Shown here piece after piece: positions 26,501-39,580 of a stretch of DNA of 64,000 bases. Position numbers and translations under genes: made by a program. Source of the stretch: Trichoplax adhaerens (Eukaryota > Animalia > Placozoa). The notes below the pieces were generated by a model. The model saw only the letters and a list, made by a program, of their open reading frames with translations. It did not search any database and was not told the DNA's origin. The stretch lies in assembly GCF_000150275.1 (NCBI RefSeq), contig NW_002060943.1:5538008-5602007 (forward strand), in the 5' to 3' direction. Every line of letters begins with the position of its first letter. Position 1 is the stretch's first letter.

Positions 26501-29500
26501 AACGCTTACGATTTACAAAAATTTTGAGACATAATTAAAATTTACTGTAGAATCTGTTTGACCTTTTACGTTCGATCAGTAAATATTTGGTAAAAGTTTA
26601 TCAAATACAGTGATAAAAATTGACAGTAGCTATATATTCACTATCAAGATTTCAATTAGATATTCATTATGGTGCGAAGTTACTGAGTATAAATTAAAAA
26701 TGGTTCTTGCAGTCAAGTTAAATGAATTTTCGCTTTTTAAGTTTCCAAATTTCATAAGACTAATGAAGTAATATCTCAAATTTTCTCAAATATCACTGAT
26801 AATTAATAAGCTTTCAAAGTAGTTCTGTAATAAAGGCAATATGTTTAAAAAATTTTACGCTATTGCGTAATGTAATGAATATAAAGAGAATTTGCTTTAG
26901 TAATCAATGCCATCGAAAGTGTTTTGTACGTAAAAAAGATCAGCAATATAAGCTAAAAATGCTTTATGTTTTGCTAATGAATTTACTGAAACTTTAAATA
27001 AAACAATTCTGAAACAGAATGAGCTTAATTAATGATACCTTCCATTTGAATTATTATGAAGAGATTCACTTGGCAGAGGATAGACTGTTATCACTTAATA
27101 AGCGAAGTACGTCTAGCAAAGATTGTTTCAAGCTAGCAAAATACATAGATGTTTTATTGCTGTTATTCATAAAGATTTCATTCCTACAATTCACGTAGCT
27201 TGAATAAAAATACAGGTAATGCTAAATGAGTTTTATGACAGAAAAATTTAGATGCCAGCAAGTGCTAATACGAGGAATCTCTTGTTTTATACATGAGCTA
27301 TAGCTTGCCTTTAATTTAATTTTATTGTCACTTCGTATCATTAAGACGCGATTTTACAGTTAGTCATTATCATTATTTAGTATGGCTGTGAATATATTCA
27401 GTGTTGTCTTTGTGAAAAGAATTAATAATCGTTACGATCTATGATCAGTTTTCTTTGTATTTTTTGTCACGCGACAAATCCAAAAGTATGAATCTACTTG
27501 TAAATTTGTTATTGAGATTGTTAGTTACTTGAGTGATGAGACTTGAGAGAAATATTTTTAAAATTTTATTTATTGATAATAATGTCGATAGCATCCAAAA
27601 TTACCGTGAGACTAGAATTGAATACGGATTCTTTGAGCTATAATAATGTGCTTGTGAGCTTTTAGTAAAGTCTAAAAGCCGATACTGAAAAGGCATTACT
27701 TTATGAAAAACAACAAAGACTGGTTTTATTTAGGGTTATCCCTGTTTTTATGTAACTAAAATGAAATATTATTTTTATTTCTTAATTTAATCCTGCAATT
27801 GAAATGTTGACAACTACATATATTAAGATTAATTTTCAATTATAGTTGATAAATTTTTGAATTTCAAGTAACGATTAAATATATACTATTGGGTGAGCTA
27901 AGAGCTATAGATGCGAGTGCATGATAGTGTAATATAGCATTTGAAAGTCATAGTAAAATTTTAAAAATGTTTCAAATTACACGATGAACAATAGTAAAAA
28001 GTGCACATAGTATTGCAAAAATCGTCATTGCTTATGCTTGCATTGCTTCTATGCTTTTTGAATTAGTTTCTTGTAAGTAAAGGGAATCTGAATGCAGATG
28101 TAATTAATAATTTGGCTTATGACAGTTGTCGAACCTCTAGGCAGAGGCAAAGTATGGCATGCTATTACTGATCTATTTCAACATTAAATTAGCATATGGA
28201 AGGGATGAGGAATTTTTAATGATGTGGTCGTGATCCTAAATAATTTTATAACTTCTCTACTGTGACCACACTATAATTATCAATTTATTCCTGTATGCTA
28301 TACAAAAATCCGTATTTTTCATCTATCATATTGGTTTAATAATTTTTGAATATTAAGATTATATTTTTATTATCTCATAGAATAGTAAGATGATTAGTAT
28401 TAACTCATCATTAGTTTAAATGTAACTCCAGCTTCCGTTACCAAGTTATGTATTTCTGTACTTATTTAGAATACTGCAGATAAATATAGATCGAACTATC
28501 TTTTTGTCTTAAATATTAGAACAATTGTTATACCGAAATTAGCATTCTTAGTTTAAAAGCCAGTTTTTGGGATGATCAATATGAATGATACTTGAAACAT
28601 AGAAGAATAAAAAATCCATGTACTGTACTAGTACTAATTATAAAGAAAGAGTAGATGACGATGTGATGTTCAGAAAATAAGATCCGGTATTACCTATTAT
28701 AGACATCCTTTCCATTCTTAGTAATACTGAAAGCTTACTTCATTCCCAAATGTCATTTACGTCATCATAGAGAACATTAACGTTGCAGATTCCACGCCAC
28801 CTTTTAATTGCCTTCTACATGAATACATATGCTACTCGTAAATTTTATTCGAGGTTATTAGAGACATCAACTTATAATTCTTCTACGGTATTAGTTAGAG
28901 CTATAGTTTATTGTGGTTGTATGTTAATAAAATTTTGCAATATCAGAAACTTGTATCATTTTGATACGGCTTAAAAAACTGGTGTCGAGATAGTCGAGTC
29001 ATTAGGCAAGTAATCTTCACTATTTAATGGTTCATCTTTTTATTATACATGTACTTATAATTTTTGTTAGAACCTTGTAGAGATTTGAAACTGTCCATAT
29101 ATTAGCGTACAGTAGTTGATATCAGCTAATGTTATGTACAATAATAGTATTAATTTGATATGATTATAAATTTTTGATAAGGCGATAACAACTAGGGTTT
29201 TCATTTGCGTATACTTATCAATAACAGACGGCAATAATGATTTTATTAAAATTTCTCTTCTTTCACAATTTTCTATTTTCAACTTTCGTGTAATTCTTTT
29301 CCCTATTTGCGTAAAATATGACGACATTACAAAGTTATAGTTACTTTCTCAGTTATGGCAAGTCTGTTAAATATTGGACTAGTTTCTTTTCTTGTTGGGT
29401 GCCTTTCAATTTTTATAACAATTTATGGTATACTTATTCTCTGTCAGATTTGCTGCTAATTACAACGTAGAAATTTATTTATGAAACTTTAAATTTTTAG

Positions 29501-30065
29501 TTAACTTATTTCTACTATTGTTTTGATTTCATCTTAGATTTTTATGCGATGTTATTACTTTAAGTTATTTACTAGCCATACCACTCATTTTGTGAACAAT
29601 GCATTCATCTTCTTAAATTATGCAGCTCGATTGTGTATTGATCAATGCTAAAATTAGTATCTTTGCTAAGTTTATTTTAAATGGTAAAAATTGACAGAGT
29701 GGATAAATCATTATTTCAGATTAACTAATAGTTTCTCTCCTAATACAGCTACGAAATAGTAGTACTGTTTTTAGGCGTATTATAGCATCTTATTTGTTAT
29801 TCATTCGCTTCAAGTCCGTTGATATTAACTTTTTGCGATCTATTTATTTTATTAATATCATTATTTCTACTAAAGTATTATAGCTTTTGGATATATGATT
29901 TTAATTTATTGCGCTTCTATTTAGCAATCTTGATTAATCTATATTGTTTACAGTAATTTATTTTCTCTAATTTTTATTTTTGATACAGGAGCGTTAAGAA
30001 TTCATGGTCATGACTAATATCCAGTATTGAAATTAACATCGGCAGGAAAACATTAAAGAAGAAAA

Positions 30066-31052
30066 ATGTCTAATCTTCCCGTTAATACTACCTTTCCTCC
30101 ACAAGTTTATGTCTTGGATATTCCTACTGCTGTTGTTTGGTCGTTAATAGGAGCTGCTATTATTATAAATAATTTAACTGTTATGGTTATTATTATAAGT
30201 AAGAAAAAATTATATACACCGACCAATATAATTATGTGTAGTATGTTCTTTGACAATATCTTGTTCGCTTGCGTTTATATCTATCCACGTTTTACTAATC
30301 CGCGATTCATCCAAAGCTGGTTATACTGTTCATTGACGACCGTAGTTGGCCCAATGTCATTAGCCATCATTAACTTGCATTTAATGTCAGCAAGTCTCGA
30401 TAAACTAATAGCAATGGAATATCCAGTTATGTATAGAAATTACTCATCGGTTAAAGTATCCATAACTATTACAATAATAATTTGGATTGTCGCTCTTTTT
30501 ACGTCTTTTTTGCCTATATTTACATATCGACAATTACGTGCTGGAGTTTGCATACAATGGTTATCAGGAAATCAACAATATAAGGAACAAATCTATAATT
30601 ATGTTATTATTTGCGCATTCTTTATCATTCCTAACATAGTAATGGTTTATAGTTATGTACGAGTTTATATGATTGCTAAATCTCACTCGATTGGTGATGA
30701 TAAAATTAAAGCAACATATAAGCGGGATTCAAGGCATCATTATAAGACAGCCTACGTCTTAATGACTCTAGCAATAGTATATTTTGTGACTTGGACACCA
30801 TTTGTTGTGTGTTACATTTTTTCATTAGCTATAACGCCAGATGATCTAATTCATGGGCGGTATCCATTTTATCCGACAGCTGTCCGAGTTAGTCAGTATT
30901 TAGCTTTTAGTTATCCAGCAATTAATCCTATCTTGTATGGTTATTTTATTCCAACAATTCGGCGAGTTTTTATGAAAGTATACCAAAGCACTTGCCATCC
31001 TAATCGAGTCCATGTCCAATCTGTTGATGGATTTGGAATGAGATCGACATAA
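30066..31052 (+). CDS. Class A orphan GPCR, paralogue 4 (328 aa, intronless CDS)
   Basis: 7TM; SMFFDN, YIYPRF, YCSL, DKL in place of DRY, TWTPF, YPAINPILYG; acceptor (ttttatttttgatacag, AG 29987-29988) upstream; AATAAA at 31238-31243. Confidence 0.93.
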   Translation: MSNLPVNTTFPPQVYVLDIPTAVVWSLIGAAIIINNLTVMVIIISKKKLYTPTNIIMCSMFFDNILFACVYIYPRFTNPRFIQSWLYCSLTTVVGPMSLAIINLHLMSASLDKLIAMEYPVMYRNYSSVKVSITITIIIWIVALFTSFLPIFTYRQLRAGVCIQWLSGNQQYKEQIYNYVIICAFFIIPNIVMVYSYVRVYMIAKSHSIGDDKIKATYKRDSRHHYKTAYVLMTLAIVYFVTWTPFVVCYIFSLAITPDDLIHGRYPFYPTAVRVSQYLAFSYPAINPILYGYFIPTIRRVFMKVYQSTCHPNRVHVQSVDGFGMRST

Positions 31053-33012
31053 TCAAGTATATTTCAGATTTGCTAAGGATGATTTTGAAATATTTCGTTA
31101 TTGTTACTAGTATTCATTTTGTTACGTTGTCATATATCGCTAATATATTGTATTTATATTCATTAGTATCGCTATAATATCTATGTCGATACGCTTTGTA
31201 AATTGAGTATTCATCTTGTATCTGTTAGAGTTACAAGAATAAATAAAATTGAAATTTTAAAATATAACTGATTTGATTGGACTGCAATGGCTTTAAACGA
31301 TCTTCAACCTAGCAGATAATTTGGTCTTAATTACAAAGTTTTGTGAGAGGTGTGCAGTATTGGTTCTTTGGCTATTAAATTTGTTAATAGGATTCATTTG
31401 ATTGGATGAATTTCATAAGAACTTTCCTGACGACAGCAAAGTATTAGCTTAAAGCATTTTGGACGATATTCATTTTATTGATTGAGTATCGAGAAGAAAT
31501 AGTGACAATAGCCTATTCGTTCTAAATGACAGTGTAGTAGCTTCCATCTTAAAGGAGCTGCCGCTACTGTATTCCCTCATGGGTAGACAAACAAACCTCG
31601 CCAGTAATAATGGCTGGGTATGCTGAAAGATGAAGCATTTCAGCTGGCAAATACAATTATAGAAGATTTTTTTTATTTTTAATATGTATAAACTGAAGAG
31701 AAATGTAAACTATAGGAGATTATTCAATTATTTTTGTTGATAGTAGTACTGTAGTTTTGATATTATAGCAAGATATACTATACTGGCCAGACTTTACATA
31801 TTCTACCACGGTGCGCTCATAATAAAAAAGCGATAGAGAAATTAGATGAACGCATTCTTCCAAGCTATTTTCAGTTATTTGTCAAGATAATTATGAGCAC
31901 ACGGCATTCATTAGGCAATAACATGTGTGATAAGTTCTTGAGCAAGTGTAGAGACAGCGTATTAGCAAAGCATAGAACTTTATTAAGACTTATAAGTACG
32001 AACTAATAAAATATGGCAGTAACGCTCATATATATATTCTATCATGGAATATTATTTTAGAACTTGTTAGTGGCTATTATATTATACATAGAATGAGTAT
32101 TCTAGAAGGTTCTGCATGCATTTGAGGTTCGAATGCGTGCACATCGAAGATTGATCCTTACGAAGTCACTCTACTAATACTTTGACAACATACAAAAAAT
32201 GTGATTTCAATCAGAGGTTCCTTTCGCTTTTGAATTTTCAGATTATCATTAACGATCAATTTGTTCATTGGTATTGGTGTCGATATTAAGTACGCATATC
32301 GGCAGTTTTAGTTGATACAGTTATGCCCTACATCACCTACTATTCGATTGTAGTTCATTTAATCCTATTTTAATTCTATATCCACGGATAAGTAGAAATT
32401 GAACCATATTAACTTCTCTGTTATCCATTTCCTGGATTAACTGTTAAACAGTATTTGTTTAAATTAGTTTCATCATTTCCAGCATTTCGTCCACGTGATT
32501 TGCATCGTAGTGTCCTCCCCATTCCCAGTGTTCCCCATCAAGGTATTTGATGATGCTATTAGTAATAGATTACGTTATTGTTTGAGAATTTAAAATGTTA
32601 CTTAATTTACTGGCAAAGGTATGATTTCAGTGATACAGTAAGCAAGCTGTCAATGGAAACTAGTGTAATCAAGTAATTGCTATTGAGACTATCGTCGTAA
32701 CATTCTTTTTATGCTTGAACTGTGACTTTGGATGCTGTAGGATTAATCGGCTATATATACGGTACAGTATACTCCATTCTATTCTATATGCCCAGTATTG
32801 GAAAGGCGGAAGTGCTAAGATTTTTAACGAAAATTTAGCCTGTCTATGACTATTCAAGTACTTTGACTACCCCTTTTATTGGCAATTACAGGAAATTGAC
32901 CACAATTTGTAAGTTTCGTATACTGTACATCATTGTTTTAATAGATTGCCTAATAACACAGAGAGCTTTGCCATTAATCACTCTTTTAATTGACATGTTG
33001 ATAATACTCTAC

Positions 33013-33310
33013 ATCAAATGCTTTGTATCAATTCTATTCTAAAAATACTTGTACCTTTTTTAAGCGTAAATAGAATATTGTAACACTTTATAAGGACTAT
33101 TACTAGTCTATGATATTGTAGTATATAGTTTATAAACCCGATGATATAAATCTGCTGTAAATCAAATGCTTTGTATCAATTCTATGCTAAGAATGCTTGT
33201 ACGCTTTTTTTTTTAGTATCAACAGAATATTGTAAGACCGTATAATTACTATTACTAGTCCATGGTATTGTAGTGTATAGTTTATGAACCCTATCATATA
33301 ACTACTGTAA
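33013..33310. repeat. Diverged tandem duplication, 2 copies, period ~148 bp
   Basis: atcaaatgctttgtatcaattctat...agaatattgtaa...actattactagtc...tattgtagt...tagtttat...ctgtaa starts at 33013 and at 33161. Confidence 0.85.
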
Positions 33311-33716
33311 TTAGCCGAAATTATTACAGGATAGATTGCTGAATTCCTGACTGATGCCACGTTGAATCAGTCAGACTTCGATTATAATTTATTACTAGGT
33401 GATTCGCACATGAAATACTTTGGGTGTGTGTACTTTACCAGGTACTGCTCGAAAGAGATTCGTGACACTCGAAATCATAGGGGTAGAAAAAAATTCTACT
33501 GCCACGGCTGAAACTTTCGAGTTGTCCATGACTGTAGTACAGTGATAAATACGTATAACCTATACACTCCCTATACATTCTAGTACATCGTCGCAAAAAT
33601 GAAGTTCATTACAAGGTAAAACACTTTCAGCCATCGTATCCAGGGATTGGAGAAAAGAGTCCTTACAGTAGGTATCCCCATTTCAGTTTGTAACTTGCTT
33701 GTCGTTCTTCAACAAA

Positions 33717-36700
33717 ATGCCGCCGGCAAGTGTTGGTGGGTGTGTAACGTGATAACTAACTTGATGTATGTCTGATACCATGTGTATTTCAGCATAATAG
33801 TCTCTGCTTTGGTCTGCATATTGTTGATCTACTATCCAATATAGTAGATAGTATAGAATATTTAGAACTTGATGGCAGTCATGAGATCCAAGTCTCTGGC
33901 AGGCCTAGTTTCGTCAACCGCACTCACTACCGTGCTTGAAATGAGTCTGTACAGGCGCTAAGTTACATCAGCGGTCATGCACATAGGGTTAAAGGACTAA
34001 CTCGAGTCAGTTCACTGCAAGCATCGAATAGGAGTTTACCAAATTACAATTTTCGATTAGCTTACGATTTGACCTTTGTATCGGATAGGTGCTAGATTGG
34101 TCGCATTGGCTATTGCAGTTGATATTCTCTTCAAGCAAAGTACGTTCCTGTAGGGTGCCATCATTCGACTGATAGTATATTAACATTGCTTTTATCAATT
34201 GCTACACGTTCTACAGTACAAGTGATTGTGTGTCTGACCAATACTATAATTTATAGAAGAACTTGGTATCGACACTCTGGTATCAATACGATCCATTTGG
34301 AAAGTAGGCTATTCCTGTTAACTGCTTCCACTCTTTCAACGCTATCCTATCTAAAAAGACAAGTCATGCAGGAAGGGGAAAGTATGCCGTAAGTAGAACT
34401 ATCTTTTATCGTCTCTTTTAATCGTAACTGCTTATGTATTGTGTATTGTATTGTTACTGTATTGGAGAATGGGTTACGAGTAAAAAAAATGATTCAATGC
34501 TTGAAGTAATCAAGAACAAGGACGAAGTTGATTGCCATCGTATCTTGCTGCTCATATCATTGATTAATCGCATTGATTTTCATCTGGACATAGCATTTAG
34601 TGGATTTTACGATATGCTAGTGATTTCTTATAGAAATGGAAGTGATTACTACATTGAACGACCAGTATTCTTCCCCAGTACTTTATAAGCAAAGACCTAC
34701 TACTGGTTATTGATGTTTAGTTGGTAGGCTAAGAAGTACGCCCAACATCGATCTTATCATCGTCGAAGGAAACGTACCGTATAGATGAAACTGTTGTGTG
34801 ACTAAAGATAATAATGGTATACAAGACATGAGTAGGAGTAATATTTTAATCTATTGAACCAATTAGAAAAGAATTGCAAATGATTCGATTATGGGATTGA
34901 GTTCAAGCCTACCGTTTGGGGATGCTTTTAATAAAGCTGTTATAACGTGTATATTTTAATCAACGGTTGGCTTATGACGTATCGTTATCTGCATGAATTT
35001 CGATGGATTAGATTGATAAAGATACACAGATGTAGCCTTTACTAACAGAGTTTGATTTAGCGATAACTCTAGTTATGCCATTAATAATAATGATGGCGAT
35101 AACTCCATCAGTAAGTAGGCATAATAAAGTCTTGATGTCTTGTAAAGTGATAGGTAAGTGATGACAGGAGTCATGCCCGGAAGACGTTTGCTATTGTACT
35201 GCACATTCTCTACTTTGTAAGTTAAATTTATGCTTACAGTAAAATAGCGACAGCAACTTGAGTTTGGTCACGCTCAATTTCATGTAGGGTGGATACAATA
35301 TCTGGTTCATATTTTTAGTAAATGTACGTATCTCGAGTACAGTCGATAGTTACTGTTCTTTTCTCTTTTTCTAGTCGGATATATGACACATACGGTATTT
35401 AGCGATGAAGTACAGAAGAAAGAAATAAGCTTTCTATTCTCGTATCGTGACGTTATATTTCATTAGCATAGATTGATGCTCCAATGTCCTTTTAACAAGG
35501 AGTATTAGCATCTGGATTGAGTCTCTGCTACTGTAATCAACTGTAGATGCGTTTCTATTCTATGTCTGAGTCATCCAGCATTACATAATTCGGTGTATTT
35601 ATCACAGGCAAAGTGCGGCAGCATCAGGATATACTTATAAGCGTCGATCGTTGTTCAACTACTTCGTCAATATTTAGAGTCAATTACTAGTTAATTAATG
35701 TTTTGTAAGACACTCAATTACTCCTTCCATACATGCACTTTTTGATACTAAAAAACCTGTTCGAAATTACGGTTTATGGTCTTGCATGGGTAGGAAGTGA
35801 ATATCTTCGCACACAAAGTGCATTTTGTGTTCTAGAATTCTGATGTTAAAAATATCGGAATTATGAGTTGTTGAAGAGTGGGTGACATTCAGGAAAAAAA
35901 AAATTTTATCCAGATATCTATGAAAATATTGAGGTGCATGTTATAACGAAGATGGTATACTCTTGATTATCGGCATTATGCGATGTTGTATAAGTTAACT
36001 ACGTACTTCATTTGCTCGATTGCTATCATACTTATATTGGGATCAAAATTGATTGCTTACCATTCGTAAAGGTCAATATTCATGTTGGTGTAGTGACAAT
36101 TCGAGTACGCTGCATAAAAGAGGTTGCCAATCTTTTAAATGTTATACGTACGACGCAGTATTATAACAATTTTTATTGTATACAACTACTACTTGATTAT
36201 AAAGCGTATCATATATCATACGTGTATATGAAGACTGATATTTTTTATTCTGTATTCATGTTTTAATGAAAGTACAAACATATTTTTTTATTCAGCTGGT
36301 TCCATGGCCCTTTATCGCGTGGTCAAGTGGACGAGCTACTTCGAGGCTCGCCTCTCGGTAGTTTCCTAGTTCGCTCTAGTACGACACGGCCAGGAGATTA
36401 TGTTTTATGTGTTCGGTAAGATAATACTTGAAATTGCACGGTAGATCTAGTTTGAGCAGCTTTCAATGTAATGGTCTATGCTATGTCATTTAAGCGTATT
36501 ATAAAAAAGAAGCGCTTAGAAATATTTTACCCTACTTTTGATACCGGAATTTGATATAGAATACCACTTATATTGTCCTATTGAGAAAATACAGTAACAG
36601 GCTGTATAACTAGTACTCTGGTATACCTCGCACTCAATGGTTGTGTTTGTCGCATTACTTTGCATCTAAATTAGCAATGGAAGATTCTCATTTAAATGGT

Positions 36701-38904
36701 GCATGAACGCTAGACCTAAGCATAGAGAGTATTGTGCACTTTGTGTTAGTAAGAGTAGTGGACGATTGTTGTTAAACATTTTTCTATATCTAGCTCTCTT
36801 GTAATGAAGATATGAAGATTTATATTACCTTACAGAGGGTATTGCTTATTTTATAATTATTTATTAATTTAATCGCACGTAATGCTTGATGAAAATTAGA
36901 GTTAATGAAAAAATTGTCATAAATTAACGATACGCTATTACCAGACAAAAGCGATTGGTTGAGAATTCGTAATTTCAGTTTTCTTTATCTTCATTACATT
37001 TCCTATATTGCTGATTTGAAAATACTACAGTATAGTATTTTGTATTTTATATGCTTCCTTAGCGTAAGTTGATTGAAACTGGTCGTATAGTATATTTAAC
37101 AATGTTATGATTGAGTGATTTATGTTTTATAATATCGTAGTTGTCTCGTGGTCGCTTATTTTTCGTTAAAACATGTATCAGGGTACATGCCACCACATTT
37201 TGATGATGCTACGTTATTACAGATTTTTATTAATCCATGATTTATTTGTAAACTTGTAATATTTAAAAGCACTGTTTGTACATTTTATGTGAAGGCTATT
37301 TTAACAGTAAATAATACTAATTTACAAATTGTGATCTATAGGGAAAGCAACATGGTGAAGCATTATATCATAGAGAAGAAAAGTGATTCTGAGTACGAAA
37401 TTGGATCACAGCCTTTTCCTGATTTATTATCGGTCATAGATTTTTATAAAATTCATGTTCTTGATACTACTGTCCTTACCGGTGCTGTTGAGGTGAGCGA
37501 GCTAATTTTAGATATGTTATGACGTAGAAATTGGGATTATTAATTCGATACCATCGATGCTATAATATACTAATCGGTAAAATTTTTACGCCTATTTAAT
37601 GGTAAACCGACTTAGGTTGAAACAGAAACGAAGGAAACAGAAGAGAACGAATCAGAAAAGAAGGAAACAAGTACACCTCCCAATAATAATAGCAATTCAA
37701 ACACTGCGTATAAACCAAACACTGCAGAGTCCAAAATGAAGGTTATGATGCGCGTAATTGCGTTATACGATTTTAATGCAAGGGTAAGTCATTATGTGCA
37801 GAGTTTACGCTTTAGTTATAATTTAACAATTCACTAAGTGGCTAGATAGCGTTCATTTGTTACGCATTGATTTGAGCTGCATCGTTGTGTGCTAAAGCAG
37901 GGACTGCTCGAAAATGGGACAATCGAAATGGCCAACAGAATAGTCGGCTTACACATCGCTATTATAGTCAACGGCCGTTTCCTGTCCCTGCCTCTTCTTT
38001 CGATTAGTCCCTGGCTATAGTCATTTTTCGAATTAGTTTCATAACCCTTAACAGATATTTCTGCTCACAATAGTTAAATTTGCTGTTATTGTCTTTTATT
38101 GCTGGTAATATGCAGTACTGTGAATGCATGCCAAAGCAAGTCTTACTACGTTTGATAATAGGATGCTATGACCTTACGTGTCTATCTTTAAAAGATTGAA
38201 TAAACTGGCTGTTCATACTATATTAACTTTAGGATGAAGAAGATCTTCCGTTTACAAAGAATGAGATATTAGACGTTATCGGGATGCAAGAAGCCAACTG
38301 GTGGACAGGTAGAAATTCAAAAGGAGCTGTAGGAGCTGTTCCTGCTCCTTATTTACGACCAGTAAGTATACAAGGATTGCTACGAAAGTTATTTTCGGAA
38401 CATTATAGAATTAGCTGTTACTATTTGTATATTAAGAAATAAGATTAATGTTGTTATCATTTCTCTCACAGCTTCCGGAAGAGGAGAGCGAAAAGTTACC
38501 CGTTATGGCAAAAGCCATTTGTGATAGGCCAAGAAATCCTTACGATCCAACCGCTCTGTCTTATCAAGTAAGTAAATCTAGGCAACGTAAATTTATCAGT
38601 AATGCTATATGAAATTTCTGCTTAAGTTACTATTTCATGGAGATTTTCTTTCCTGAATCTGGCGAGAATATAAAGACCTAATTATTAGTTGGTTTATAAA
38701 TGAAAAATAAGGGGTTATTTGTAAGTATTGTAATTTATTCTTGCTTTACAGTCCGGCGATATAATTAAAGTTTTAGAGAAATCTGATACTGGCTTATGGA
38801 CTGGTGAATTGAAAGGACACACTGGTAAATTTCCTTTCACTCAGGTGGTACTACTTAGTGAACTGGATGGGTCAAATGATACATGGGAAAGTTTTACAAA
38901 TTAA
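33717..38904 (+). CDS. CRK: Crk/CrkL-family adaptor (SH2-SH3-SH3), ~279 aa, 7 coding exons
   Basis: Exons 36296-36415 (WFHGPLSR...GSFLVRSS...GDYVLCV), 37342-37492 (VKHYII...FYKIHVLDTT), 37616-37783 (..ALYDFNAR), 38233-38361 (DEEDLPFTKNEIL...NWW...VPAPY), 38472-38567 (RPRNPYDPTAL) and 38752-38904 (GLWTGELKGHTGKFPFT). All are GT-AG and phase-consistent. The first exon, 33717-33739 (aacaaaATG, MPPASVG, phase 2, donor gtgtgt), is phase-compatible but less certain. Confidence 0.9.
37898..38013. mobile_element. Putative 116-bp MITE-like element (hAT-like CAGGG termini) in a Crk intron
   Basis: Left end cagggactgctcgaaa matches right end tttcgattagtccctg as an inverted repeat (14/16). Inner gggaca/tgtccc also pairs. 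Flanks gctaaag / gctatag look like a degenerate target-site duplication, and the element is GC-richer than the intron. Confidence 0.4.
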
Positions 38905-39580
38905 ATTTTTTAATCGTATTCGGATAGGCTTGAAAGTATTCAGTAAAGACAGTACAAGTTTGTTCTATCAGCTCGTCAATGCGTAATTATAACGGCGACT
39001 GCAAAATGATTGTAATGTAATACAAATTATGATATGTAAGGGCAATTAAAGTTGCTGTCCAGTTTAAAGAGGTACTTTTACATATGTCACTGCGTTAGAT
39101 CCTTTTAATATATCAAAATTTTGTTCGCTCATTTTGGTTAGTTATTGATAAGTTTTGCGTTGGTAAGAGATGAAATGTGTATGTTTTGTACTGCAGTTTA
39201 TTACTTGATACGGTTTATTTTACTGATTAGTTCTTGTATATAGGTAACCATTAAAAAGGACCATTGATAGTAATTATCTGATAAGTCATACTCGATTTTT
39301 GAGGGTTATCATAATATTTATTATTAATACAGTATTGGTCTCATACAAGTTATTTTGCGTAATTTAAATTGCTTGCGTCTTACATCGTCTTATCAAGTAC
39401 AGTAATAAGAATGTATTCTATTAAAAATTTGGTATTAGTGACTTGATGCTATTCACATAAATGATCTTGTGTACTTTCATGCATCAGTATTGCTGGCTTG
39501 GTGAAACAGTAGAAAGTTTTATTTACAGCATGGACATTGAGGTCATTTACAGTACAGCTCGCTCGTTTGGCTAAACGAAT

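Noticed and set aside
17943-29327. Scattered 60-90-aa ORFs between GPCR-3 and GPCR-4
   Set aside because: AT-rich random ORFs, many with non-ATG starts, and no GPCR or other motifs.
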